From a virus (lineage: Duplodnaviria; Heunggongvirae; Uroviricota; Caudoviricetes), in IMG/VR virus record IMGVR_UViG_3300027996_000012, positions 64,001 through 93,176 of that record: 29,176 nt of DNA; one strand, given 5' to 3'. The notes beneath the pieces are model-generated. The model worked only from the letters and a program-made list of their open reading frames with translations. It had not been told where the DNA came from and did not search any database. Of the stretch, positions 15,205 through 23,803 are shown piece by piece; positions within the stretch are counted from its first letter, which is position 1, and the number at the start of each line of letters is the position of its first letter. The position numbers and the translations under genes were made by a program.

Positions 15205-15641
15205 AACTCATGTTCCCCGCAGTGATGCTCCTGACCAGCATCTTTGATACTCACCCAGTGATCGAAGCTGGTATGGAATACAATTTGCCTAAGCACGCGA
15301 TCTCGAATAACTGTCTGAGGATGCTTGCTGAGAAGCACGCCAGAAGTATGGCTACACGGCGGCATCAGGATCATAAGGACTGGGACAATGGTCGTCAAAT
15401 GGGTAGATTCTGGGACATTCAAATCGAGATGCCAGGTGTTGAAGCTCGGGAAATTTGTGCCGAGTCATGGCCTGGTGACAGTGTGAAAGAAGCAGCCGCC
15501 GGTTGCTGGGATGAGTGGAAAACTAGCCCAGGACACTGGAGTGTCGCAAACGGGAAGCCGGATTTGTACGGGGTAGGGATGGCCAGAAGTCGTAAGGGCA
15601 TCTACTACATTTGCATCATAGCAGTTTGGGAGAGACCATGA
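15198..15641 (+). CDS. CAP (SCP/PR-1-like) domain protein
   Basis: AEKHARSMA, EICAESW, WKTSPGHW and YGVGMA motifs. Confidence 0.8.
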   Translation: MVELMFPAVMLLTSIFDTHPVIEAGMEYNLPKHAISNNCLRMLAEKHARSMATRRHQDHKDWDNGRQMGRFWDIQIEMPGVEAREICAESWPGDSVKEAAAGCWDEWKTSPGHWSVANGKPDLYGVGMARSRKGIYYICIIAVWERP

Positions 15642-16651
15642 GAAAACCTAAGTATATGTCACCGTCATCGCTTGCTCTTTTCGAGAAAGATCCAGAAGAG
15701 TATGCTATCAAGCACCTGGTAGACAATCGTCCGCCAAAGGTCCCCCAGAACCATTACATGGCCATCGGATCGGCCTTTGATGCATACTGCAAGGCCGCAT
15801 TGTATGCTGCATTGTTTGGGACAAACAGCAACCCGAAATACACACTCGACGCGCTGTTTGAAACCCAAGTGGAGCCACAGAACCACGAATGGGCTTTCGA
15901 GAATGGATTCTATGTATTCCAGGCATACAAGAAGACTGGTTCGTTTGATGAGCTTCTGACACTGTTGCAAGCGGCTAAAGAAGATCCGCAGTTTGAGTTT
16001 GACGCCGATGCCACCATCGGTGGCGTACCGATCTTTGGGAAACCGGATTGCCGTTTCATTCATGAATCTGGTGCGCATGTGATTCTTGACTGGAAAGTCA
16101 ACGGGTATTGCAGCGCCAAGAGCGGCACCAGCCCAGCCAAGGGTTACATGATGGTGCGAGACGGCTGGGGTAAGGAAACTGCGAAGCCCAGCCGTGGGTG
16201 TAACAGACCGCACAAGCTCCATAAAGCCCTGCATTGGCATGGTGTCAGCATCGGTGAAGGCTACCTAGAAGCAAACTATGCCTCTTGGGCCGATCAGTGT
16301 TGCATGTACGGCTGGATGATGGGCGAGGAAGTTGGTGAAGAGAAACTGATCGTCCGCATTGACCAACTGGTTGCTAAACCCATGGGGCCTGGCAACAAGC
16401 CACTGATACGGGTTGCAAACCATGCCGGTCGTATCTCGAAAGTCTACCAAGAGTGTCTCTTGCAGCGATTGCAGACTTCATGGAATCGTATCAAAAGCGG
16501 ACTGATCTTCTCAGAACTTACGGAAGAAGAAAATAAGGCTCGCTGTGAATTGCTCACAGGTCAAGCTGACGCACTCAATGCACACGCTGGAACGAACCTG
16601 GGCAACTTCATGAATGAGATCACACGTTCTCACAACTACTTCGGAGGATAA
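15638..16651 (+). CDS. PD-(D/E)XK exonuclease (RecB/Cas4-like superfamily)
   Basis: YMSPSSL, GSAFD, GKPDC, ILDWK and QCCMYG motifs. Confidence 0.78.
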   Translation: MRKPKYMSPSSLALFEKDPEEYAIKHLVDNRPPKVPQNHYMAIGSAFDAYCKAALYAALFGTNSNPKYTLDALFETQVEPQNHEWAFENGFYVFQAYKKTGSFDELLTLLQAAKEDPQFEFDADATIGGVPIFGKPDCRFIHESGAHVILDWKVNGYCSAKSGTSPAKGYMMVRDGWGKETAKPSRGCNRPHKLHKALHWHGVSIGEGYLEANYASWADQCCMYGWMMGEEVGEEKLIVRIDQLVAKPMGPGNKPLIRVANHAGRISKVYQECLLQRLQTSWNRIKSGLIFSELTEEENKARCELLTGQADALNAHAGTNLGNFMNEITRSHNYFGG

Positions 16652-16654
16652 GAT

Positions 16655-17137
16655 ATGGAAATCACCATTCGCCCAATTGAGCCAGAAGACATCAACTATC
16701 TATTTGACATTGAGATCAAATGCTACGAAGATGTCAGAGGTCTTGAATGGTGGCGTGAGGTCATCAAGGATAAGCAACACTACTCCATGGCAGCCGCTGT
16801 ACACCAAGTTCCCATTGGTTTTGTTGTTTGGAAGACCGGTGCATACAAGAAAGAGCCGGTGGCGAGAATAGAACGACTGGCTGTGAAACCAGCATTTCGT
16901 GGTAAGGGTGCCGGGACAATGTTGCTCAGGGACACGACGATTGCTGCGAGGACGGCGGGGTTGACACAGCTTATGCTACTGGTGCCTGAGCGACTTTGCT
17001 TTCCGGGGCACAAAGATGATGTCAGCCAATGGCTACTGAAACATAGCCTGCACGCAGTGGGTACAAAAAGCAACCACTTCGAGAGTTATGGCCAAAAAGA
17101 GGATGCGTACATTTTTCTAGGTCCAGGACCATCATAA
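16655..17137 (+). CDS. GNAT family (RimI-like) acetyltransferase
   Basis: ITIRPIEPEDI, and the acetyl-CoA motif A IERLAVKPAFRGKGAGTMLL. Confidence 0.88.
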   Translation: MEITIRPIEPEDINYLFDIEIKCYEDVRGLEWWREVIKDKQHYSMAAAVHQVPIGFVVWKTGAYKKEPVARIERLAVKPAFRGKGAGTMLLRDTTIAARTAGLTQLMLLVPERLCFPGHKDDVSQWLLKHSLHAVGTKSNHFESYGQKEDAYIFLGPGPS

Positions 17138-17147
17138 GGAGATTGAG

Positions 17148-17492
17148 ATGAGTCAAAGTGCAAGTCGTAGGAAGAAATCACAACACGGTCCACAGCAGTG
17201 GTTGGTTCAACGCCCGCTTACCACACTGGAAATTAGAGCACGCGCCCTGAAGCTCCAGAAGGCCGCATTGATTGAGATGGGTTTCATCGCCGCCCCGGTG
17301 CCCAAGCAACCCACAAAATGGGACTGGTGTGATATGAGCAACTTGGACCCAGATAAGCATCGCAGCGGTATTGTGGAAGCCCATACCAAAGGTGAAGCAC
17401 GGGCAGCCGTCAAGAAGGCCCTGGGATTGTCCAAGAACAAACGGTTACCAGATGATATTCTCATGGAGAAAGCCAGGGTGATTGATGAGTGA
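17148..17492 (+). CDS. Basic hypothetical protein
   Basis: AGGAG ribosome-binding site. Confidence 0.75.
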   Translation: MSQSASRRKKSQHGPQQWLVQRPLTTLEIRARALKLQKAALIEMGFIAAPVPKQPTKWDWCDMSNLDPDKHRSGIVEAHTKGEARAAVKKALGLSKNKRLPDDILMEKARVIDE

Positions 17493-17856
17493 ACCAGAAC
17501 AACCAGCAGAGAGCTTGTTGGTACCAGCACACCGGAAGCGAATGATCAGCAACAACATGACTGGCGAGCGGTTGGCTTCGCTATTCGATATGCTCGTTGC
17601 CCAAGCTGAGACTATGGACGAGCCTGTAGTGATGACCGATCTGCTTTGGTGTGACGAAGATGATCCCCCACTAGAGAAGGAGCACTATATACCCCAGCTA
17701 ACACTGGTGGTTCAGAAGGTTCAGGCCATCATGGATCGAAAAACGGATTTGACATTAGAGGAAATGGATGGTATACTTGAAGAAAGCTCTGGAGAGGAAC
17801 TAGCTGATGATACGCAAACTTTGGAATCTCCTGACGGGGAGACACCACTGCCCTGA
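17485..17856 (+). CDS. Acidic hypothetical protein
   Basis: Fits the gene tiling. Confidence 0.7.
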   Translation: MSEPEQPAESLLVPAHRKRMISNNMTGERLASLFDMLVAQAETMDEPVVMTDLLWCDEDDPPLEKEHYIPQLTLVVQKVQAIMDRKTDLTLEEMDGILEESSGEELADDTQTLESPDGETPLP

Positions 17857-17935
17857 TTGTGGCAGACAGTTGGAGCGATTCGGATCACCACCGTTTGAGT
17901 TTTGGATTTGTAGACCCTGTAGGGAGTCACGATGA
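17807..17935 (+). CDS. 42-aa zinc-finger microprotein
   Basis: MIRKLWNLLTGRHHCPDCGRQLERFGSPPFEFWICRPCRESR: two CxxC knuckles, GGAGAGG upstream, and a stop overlapping the methyltransferase ATG (ATGA). Missed by the ORF track. Confidence 0.65.
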   Translation: MIRKLWNLLTGRHHCPDCGRQLERFGSPPFEFWICRPCRESR

Positions 17936-18726
17936 GTCGATACCGTTTGATCAACGCCGAGTGCGAAGATGTCTTGACCTCGTTGAAACCCGCAGTCATG
18001 GGATTCTGGGACCCGCCGGATAACATCGGGCTTGCTTACCGATTGTACAAGGACAAGACCAAGCATAAAGCTTACCTGAACTGGATGTCAAAGGTTACCT
18101 GGCAACTGATGCGTCAGACCCAGGTCTTTTGGGTGTCTTTCAATGTCAAGTACACGTTGGACTTTGGTGAACTATTCAATCAAATCATCGACCGGTGGAA
18201 TCGTGTTGCTGTAGGTGCCCAGGGTTTTGAACCCTGGTTGCCAGTGAAGCCATGTGTGCAGACCTTTACGTTCGGGCAGCACAACCATCACGACCTTGGA
18301 AACAACCATCGTCCGCTATGGCGATTCACACGCAAGGATGCTACCCTCTATCCGGATCAGATTAGGGTGCCATCATGGCGGCAACTACACGGTGACAAGC
18401 GCGCCGATCCACGGGGCAGGGTCCCTGGCGACGTGTTTGATTTCACTCGCGTGACTGGGAACAGCGCGCAGCGGCGTAAGTGGTGCCCAACCCAACTTCA
18501 TGAAGACTTGGTCACACGATGTATCCTGCTGTGTACCAAGGAAGGTGACAGAGTGATTGATCCATGTGGCGGCTCCGGTACCACCCTGCGGGTATGCAGA
18601 CGGCTCAAGCGAAACTGCACCACCATCGAATACGACCGTACCTATTGTACCAAGATTGCCAAGGAAAACGGTCTTCACAAACATACACCGGACACCAAGC
18701 TCCAATACCAGGAGTGGCGACTGTGA
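17932..18726 (+). CDS. Orphan N6-A/N4-C DNA methyltransferase (beta class) with variant motifs
   Basis: Motif IV DPPDNIG, CPTQL, motif I IDPCGGSGTT, and IEYDRTY. Confidence 0.85.
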   Translation: MSRYRLINAECEDVLTSLKPAVMGFWDPPDNIGLAYRLYKDKTKHKAYLNWMSKVTWQLMRQTQVFWVSFNVKYTLDFGELFNQIIDRWNRVAVGAQGFEPWLPVKPCVQTFTFGQHNHHDLGNNHRPLWRFTRKDATLYPDQIRVPSWRQLHGDKRADPRGRVPGDVFDFTRVTGNSAQRRKWCPTQLHEDLVTRCILLCTKEGDRVIDPCGGSGTTLRVCRRLKRNCTTIEYDRTYCTKIAKENGLHKHTPDTKLQYQEWRL

Positions 18727-18995
18727 TAACCGACGCTGAATGCAAGGCGTTTCTTCAAGCCGAGATAGCTCGTGAGAAACGGGATGACGAATACGCAGGT
18801 GAGATGCTTCGGGCTCGTTTACGATGCCCCGCTTGTGGGACGATTTGGCACTGTCGATGCACTATTGAGCAAGCAGAGATGGCTAAGCAACGACATGTAG
18901 CGCGAGCCATGGCTGATTGGCACCGCCGACTGCGGCAAGCAGAAGCTGACTTGAAGGAAAGGCAAAGGCGATATGATAGTCTACATGCTACGTAA
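18723..18995 (+). CDS. Hypothetical protein with CPAC...CRC motif
   Basis: GTG start overlapping the methyltransferase stop (GTGA). Confidence 0.65.
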   Translation: MITDAECKAFLQAEIAREKRDDEYAGEMLRARLRCPACGTIWHCRCTIEQAEMAKQRHVARAMADWHRRLRQAEADLKERQRRYDSLHAT

Positions 18996-19194
18996 GAAGG
19001 ACACTGATCTGTATTACAAACGAACCTCTGGCAAGGGCGGTACGGTGTGGGTCCCTCAGAGTGAAGCATCTATTTGGACTCACCGCCGGGGACCTATCGG
19101 GGCGTCGAATGCTGCCAGGAAACGTAGCCAGGGTGAGTTAGACTTAGTCATCGAACACTATCAAATGCAAGAGGTGATGCATGAGCCAATATGA
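18973..19194 (+). CDS. Hypothetical protein
   Basis: Fits the gene tiling. Confidence 0.65.
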   Translation: MIVYMLRKKDTDLYYKRTSGKGGTVWVPQSEASIWTHRRGPIGASNAARKRSQGELDLVIEHYQMQEVMHEPI

Positions 19195-19438
19195 GGGAAA
19201 AGACAGACCGTATGACCATTTCAGTCGCAAGATTGAAGTTGGAATGCGAGTCTTGTATGCCGTGCGGCACGGGGTAGTAGAATTGCAAGTGATGCGAGTC
19301 ACTGCCCTACTCCCCTCGGACCCCGATGACCCATACAAACGCAAGACCCAGATTCTGGAGGGTAACCGGGAGAGCGATGGCACCAAAGTCAAGATCACCC
19401 GAACCCACCGCTGTGTCATCATCCCGGAGGACTGGTAA
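19181..19438 (+). CDS. Small beta-barrel-like phage protein, probable paralog of 1615-1895
   Basis: DHFSRKIEVGMRVLYAVRHG...GTKVKITRTHRCVII. Confidence 0.7.
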   Translation: MSQYEGKDRPYDHFSRKIEVGMRVLYAVRHGVVELQVMRVTALLPSDPDDPYKRKTQILEGNRESDGTKVKITRTHRCVIIPEDW

Positions 19439-19626
19439 TGTTCCGAACTTACGACTACGAATGTGAAGCTTGTGGCCACACGTTTGAGGCCCTCCAGAAG
19501 GACACCAAGGCTCAGAAGAAGTGCCCGGAATGTGATAAGATGAGGCTGAAACGGAAGTTTCCGGCACCAGCCTTGCACATGCGGTATAGTCCGATGCACC
19601 CCAGGGTCGGTCGAGGCCGTGGATGA
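19438..19626 (+). CDS. FmdB-family zinc-ribbon protein
   Basis: YDYECEACGHTFE...CPECD...LKRKFPAP matches the FmdB pattern. Confidence 0.82.
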   Translation: MFRTYDYECEACGHTFEALQKDTKAQKKCPECDKMRLKRKFPAPALHMRYSPMHPRVGRGRG

Positions 19627-20186
19627 GAGAACTCCTGAAGTGGAGACGCTACCGTGGGAAACAAGTCCCAAATTGTTATCAGCAAGGGAAGGATCGCCAT
19701 TACAAAGAGTGGCGAACCACTTGTGGTAGGTATCGAGTCTTTTGGCGTAACACATACAACAAGATCAGCCTTGATGCGGGATTCTATCCCACCACCAGAG
19801 GAAATCCAGATGACGGTCTTACGTGGGATAAACTATCCCAGTCACAGTACAAACTGAATCGCACGCTAAATGCAGCCCAGAGGTTATGTGAGACTCACTT
19901 TCGACAACACTTCCAGCGAGAAGCGGCGGCTCTCATGGGTCGGTGCGAGAAGAAGGGTTGCCGTAAGCAAGCCATTGAAGGAACCGAACGATGTCAGACT
20001 CATACGCTCAAGCGAAAGACCCGCGCCTCATGTACTTCTACCGGCAAACCCTCGGACAAACCTGCGAAGAAAAAGAAGCGGAAGGCAGCCATGAAGGCGT
20101 GCCCAAAGTGCAAAGTCAAGGTCGGGTCCAGGAAGGCCCAGTGCGACTGCGGCCATGAGTTCTACAAGGTAAAGGCAAAGAAATGA
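19623..20186 (+). CDS. Basic protein with a C-terminal zinc ribbon
   Basis: Lys/Arg-rich; CEKKGC...CQTH and KACPKC...QCDCGHEF. Confidence 0.75.
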   Translation: MRELLKWRRYRGKQVPNCYQQGKDRHYKEWRTTCGRYRVFWRNTYNKISLDAGFYPTTRGNPDDGLTWDKLSQSQYKLNRTLNAAQRLCETHFRQHFQREAAALMGRCEKKGCRKQAIEGTERCQTHTLKRKTRASCTSTGKPSDKPAKKKKRKAAMKACPKCKVKVGSRKAQCDCGHEFYKVKAKK

Positions 20187-20905
20187 TCACATTGATGCAA
20201 GGCGACTGTCTTCAGAAGATGTCAGACATCGAAGATGGTTCAATTGATATGATCTTGGCTGACCCACCCTACGGGTCCACGGCTTGTAAATGGGATTCCG
20301 TGATTCCATTGGAACCGCTGTGGGAACATTTGAAACGTGTACTTTCACACACCGGCGGTGTAGTAATGACAGCCAGTCAGCCATTTACCACCACACTGAT
20401 TGCTTCAAACAGGAAGATGTTCAAATACTGTTGGGTCTGGGAAAAGAATTTCTCAACTAACTTCCTCCATGCTAAACGGCAGCCGTTGCGGAAGACTGAG
20501 GACATTGTTGTCTTTTTCAAGAAGGCTTCGTTCTATTACCCGATCAAAACCACAGGGCACGTCCCTACTCAAAGTGCAAGAGGGTCTAGTAAGGGACGTT
20601 TATGGCATGGCACCAATGTGCGTAACGCACCCGGCGGGGAGACTACACGATACCCAGTGAACATTCTGCGTATGAATGCCGTGGACCCAAAGAAACGGGT
20701 GCATCCCACACAGAAACCCGTGGCCCTAATGGAATACCTCATTCAAACCTACACTATTAAAGGCCAAACAGTATTGGACTTTAGTATGGGTAGTGGTACT
20801 GCCATGGTAGCGGCCAAGAAGTTGGGACGCCAGGGTATTGGTATTGAATTGGACACGGATTACTTCAAGGTGGCACAAAGCCGTATACAGGTGGATAATG
20901 AGTGA
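20183..20905 (+). CDS. Orphan N6-A/N4-C DNA methyltransferase (beta class)
   Basis: GDCL, ADPPYG, HPTQKPVALMEYLI, VLDFSMGSGTA and GIELD motifs. Confidence 0.93.
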   Translation: MITLMQGDCLQKMSDIEDGSIDMILADPPYGSTACKWDSVIPLEPLWEHLKRVLSHTGGVVMTASQPFTTTLIASNRKMFKYCWVWEKNFSTNFLHAKRQPLRKTEDIVVFFKKASFYYPIKTTGHVPTQSARGSSKGRLWHGTNVRNAPGGETTRYPVNILRMNAVDPKKRVHPTQKPVALMEYLIQTYTIKGQTVLDFSMGSGTAMVAAKKLGRQGIGIELDTDYFKVAQSRIQVDNE

Positions 20906-21182
20906 CACAAAGCCCACGATATTTGAGTTGATCCAGAACAGGGTTGCCTGTGGCTACGAGTTTGCCACCGGGCACCACCAGGCTGGGCTACGTGGTCACT
21001 GGGCGTGCTTTATCCATGTCGAGCCGGACGAACGAGAAACATGCGATGACTGTGGGGAACCAGCCCCGGTGTTGTGGGAACAATGTGGGCACCACCTTAC
21101 ACTGATTGGGGCGTTTCGGGCAGCCTACGGGTTGTCTATTGGCGACCATTACGATGTACCAACACCGAAGTCGTTTGAATAA
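20898..21182 (+). CDS. Hypothetical protein
   Basis: Fits the gene tiling; CDDCG motif. Confidence 0.65.
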   Translation: MSDTKPTIFELIQNRVACGYEFATGHHQAGLRGHWACFIHVEPDERETCDDCGEPAPVLWEQCGHHLTLIGAFRAAYGLSIGDHYDVPTPKSFE

Positions 21183-21191
21183 GGAACCGCT

Positions 21192-21359
21192 ATGACAAAC
21201 AAAGAGACACTGGAAGCTTTGCGACGGAAGATCGATGGGGCCTATGGTAATCGGGACGACTATCCTCCGTTCAAGATGACCCCATTTGAGGATCGCCCCG
21301 CCTATCATGCCTTCATCAACAAACTGATCATGGAAACAATCGAGGAAGCTGATGATTGA
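21192..21359 (+). CDS. 55-aa hypothetical protein
   Basis: MTNKETLEALRRKIDGAYGNRDD...IEEADD with AAGGA upstream. Fills a gap left by the ORF track. Confidence 0.65.
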   Translation: MTNKETLEALRRKIDGAYGNRDDYPPFKMTPFEDRPAYHAFINKLIMETIEEADD

Positions 21360-21684
21360 CACAACCGTATACACCCCGTTGCTGGATGCTTCCGTAGCCG
21401 CCTGCAATATCGAGAAGCTCACTGAACCAATCGACCCTCAATTGGCCCCAGAGCAACTGTGGATCATGGTCGCCCCATCCGAGGCAGAGTATGCTGACTT
21501 CGATGCTTACTGGGCCAAACTCCTGGTGTGTATGAAGAATGACCTAGAAGAAAGCTTGCTGGTACGGTACTATCGGGCAGACGTGTTCTACCTTAGCAAT
21601 GGCAAGCTGGTCTTGAACATCCAAGCCGCCGAGGCTCCGTCTGTCGAAGAATTCAAACAAGAACTGGAAGGAATGCTATCATGA
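21352..21684 (+). CDS. Hypothetical protein
   Basis: GAGG upstream; fits the gene tiling. Confidence 0.7.
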   Translation: MIDTTVYTPLLDASVAACNIEKLTEPIDPQLAPEQLWIMVAPSEAEYADFDAYWAKLLVCMKNDLEESLLVRYYRADVFYLSNGKLVLNIQAAEAPSVEEFKQELEGMLS

Positions 21685-22106
21685 CCCTTGATTACCTGAC
21701 CTGGACAACCTTTGTTGACATCTTCCCGCAGATTTGTTTGTTGCTGGGGTTCATGGTGTTCTTTGCGGGTGGCCTGTATGTGGGCAGCCGCGTACTGGTT
21801 TCACTTCTGAATCGTTTGAGCGACATCGGAGCCACAGCGTGTCGGTATACTTGCTGGAAGTTTCCGAAGCTGGTGCTTCGGAAACCAACTAAGCGCATCA
21901 CTGTGGTCAACGTTGGCGAAGACGAATTCGTTGTGTACCTAGACGGGCGATTCGTTGGCACCGAGGCGGTCTCCGTCCCTGTTGCATTGCTCAAAGAACT
22001 TGGCATCGGGTACATTGAGCGGCGTGTCTGTATGCGATGGTTCAAAGCGAACGAGTGTAAGATGCCTGATTACCTAGAAGAGATCACCCTGTTGAATGAG
22101 GACTAA
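21681..22106 (+). CDS. Membrane-anchored hypothetical protein
   Basis: N-terminal TM segment ICLLLGFMVFFAGGLYVG. Confidence 0.7.
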   Translation: MTLDYLTWTTFVDIFPQICLLLGFMVFFAGGLYVGSRVLVSLLNRLSDIGATACRYTCWKFPKLVLRKPTKRITVVNVGEDEFVVYLDGRFVGTEAVSVPVALLKELGIGYIERRVCMRWFKANECKMPDYLEEITLLNED

Positions 22107-22110
22107 TGGT

Positions 22111-22299
22111 ATGGCCATTACCAAAATCCCTTCTGACCTTATTGAGGCTGCTGTATTGTGGCGGGAAGCCGAACTCAATCTTCTCAATGGACTGAATCGC
22201 GTGAGTTTCCCGGCTATCGGGGTGGCCGACAAACAACGGACAGACTGTTTGGAGAATTTACGTGCAGCCATTGACACATACCGAAAGGACCCGGCATAA
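22111..22299 (+). CDS. Small helical hypothetical protein
   Basis: GAGGA upstream; shares a motif with the C-terminal half of the next gene. Confidence 0.65.
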   Translation: MAITKIPSDLIEAAVLWREAELNLLNGLNRVSFPAIGVADKQRTDCLENLRAAIDTYRKDPA

Positions 22300-22688
22300 T
22301 GGGTAACAAAGCTGCCAGGATACCAAGCGGGATTTACTGCTACAACAAAGCCGAGGATCATCTGTGTCCCTATTGGGGCTATGATCCTACGCGGCCCGAG
22401 CAGGAAAGCGGATACTGTGAGTTTCTGGGTATCAATGACTGGGATGATGTCGAAGGGGTACCGCTGCTATGGGACCAGGTGAAGGAATGTGGTTGCAACG
22501 TGAGCGAGGATGGTCTTGACCCACTGATGGAAGCCGCCTTTGAATGGCGGGCCGCAGAGGTACATCATGGTGCCGTTACGCTGGGTGTCCGTGGTGGAGA
22601 TCCTGATATTTCCAGCCGAAGAGTCGAAGATGCGACGACCGCTTTACGAATTGCCATTGACCGTTACAAGGGAGTTATCAAGCCATGA
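22299..22688 (+). CDS. Hypothetical protein: Cys-rich N-terminal half and helical C-terminal half
   Basis: IPSGIYCY...CPYW...YCEFL...LLWDQVKECG; TAATG overlap. Confidence 0.72.
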   Translation: MGNKAARIPSGIYCYNKAEDHLCPYWGYDPTRPEQESGYCEFLGINDWDDVEGVPLLWDQVKECGCNVSEDGLDPLMEAAFEWRAAEVHHGAVTLGVRGGDPDISSRRVEDATTALRIAIDRYKGVIKP

Positions 22689-23338
22689 AAGAACATCGTT
22701 ACCTGAGTATTGATTTGGAAACCACCGGGCTGAATGACAAGTATTGCCAGGTGCTCGAAATCGGAGTCGTGATCGCAGATTGGGAGACGCCTGTTGAAGA
22801 GCTTCCCACATGGCGATGCTATGTTGACTCCGAAGACGAGAACGACGGGGTGCCGTTCTTCTATGGTCAACCCTACGCCTTGTGGTTGAACAGCCAAATC
22901 TTCAGGTACCTGGCCATGCGACCCAAGAACGAAGAAGAAGCTCTGGAGATGGGCTTCGAGGAGTACGTACCTATCGTTCATCCAGATGCTATCGGGAGGC
23001 CGTTGGCAGCCTTCTTGACAGATAACGGTATGGATCTTCGTGATCATCAGACAGCGGCTGGGAAGAACTTTTCGTCATTTGATATGCAATTCCTGAAGCG
23101 GTTCCCCAGTCTGAAAGAGAACAAGGTGATCTTTCGGCATCGTGCCATTGATCCGGTGATGTACTACTGGCGACCCGAAGACGATGGCAACCGGCTTCCA
23201 AGCATGGATACGTGCATGGAGCGTGCTGGTATCCCTGGCCCGGTTCCGCATAAGGCGGTGGATGATGCCCAGATCGTGATCAAGTTGATCCGCCAAGCCA
23301 AGGCTCTCGGACTAATTCAGGGGAAGCAGATTCGATGA
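22685..23338 (+). CDS. DEDDh 3'-5' exonuclease (DnaQ/oligoribonuclease-like)
   Basis: SIDLETTGL, GKNFSSFDMQFL and HKAVDDA motifs. Confidence 0.88.
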   Translation: MKEHRYLSIDLETTGLNDKYCQVLEIGVVIADWETPVEELPTWRCYVDSEDENDGVPFFYGQPYALWLNSQIFRYLAMRPKNEEEALEMGFEEYVPIVHPDAIGRPLAAFLTDNGMDLRDHQTAAGKNFSSFDMQFLKRFPSLKENKVIFRHRAIDPVMYYWRPEDDGNRLPSMDTCMERAGIPGPVPHKAVDDAQIVIKLIRQAKALGLIQGKQIR

Positions 23339-23535
23339 TCATCAATGTAGAAGAGGTATTTGCTGCCATCAAAGAGCGGCATCGAATCAATGCAGTTCCG
23401 ATTGAGGAAGTCACTTGGATGCATTACGGGCGGGAGATATCAATCCCAGACGATGCATTGACTGAATTTGCTATGACGGGTTTGATCAACACCGACTTTG
23501 TTGACATCGTCATACGGGAGATGTTGGATGGATAG
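23335..23535 (+). CDS. Hypothetical protein
   Basis: ATGA overlap. Confidence 0.65.
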   Translation: MIINVEEVFAAIKERHRINAVPIEEVTWMHYGREISIPDDALTEFAMTGLINTDFVDIVIREMLDG

Positions 23536-23761
23536 GGCTGGCCGCACAGAACCCTACACTGAGATTGGGATCAAGCGAATGAAGTGCGTTCGCTGCGGGA
23601 AGCCAGCATCCCAACAGTGGGCGGCCTGCGCTGACGGTGGACTCTGGCGACCAATATGTCTCAGTTGTGATGTAATCCTGAATCGTTTGGTACTCCAATT
23701 TATGCTTGACCCGGACACCGACGAGAAGATCAAAACCTACAGCAGAGAGATGCAGGGATGA
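23528..23761 (+). CDS. Zinc-finger hypothetical protein
   Basis: CVRC...CLSC; GGGAG upstream. Confidence 0.7.
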   Translation: MDRAGRTEPYTEIGIKRMKCVRCGKPASQQWAACADGGLWRPICLSCDVILNRLVLQFMLDPDTDEKIKTYSREMQG

Positions 23762-23803
23762 GTGATTGGGTTTCTACCTATTCCGTTAATCCATGGGGAT
23801 CGC

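Noticed and set aside
15638-16651. Cas4 or a CRISPR-associated system
   Set aside because: No array or other cas genes, and no clear four-Cys Fe-S staple; a generic phage PD-(D/E)XK exonuclease fits better.
17932-20905. A restriction-modification system
   Set aside because: No cognate restriction endonuclease is adjacent to either methyltransferase; orphan methyltransferases are common in phages.
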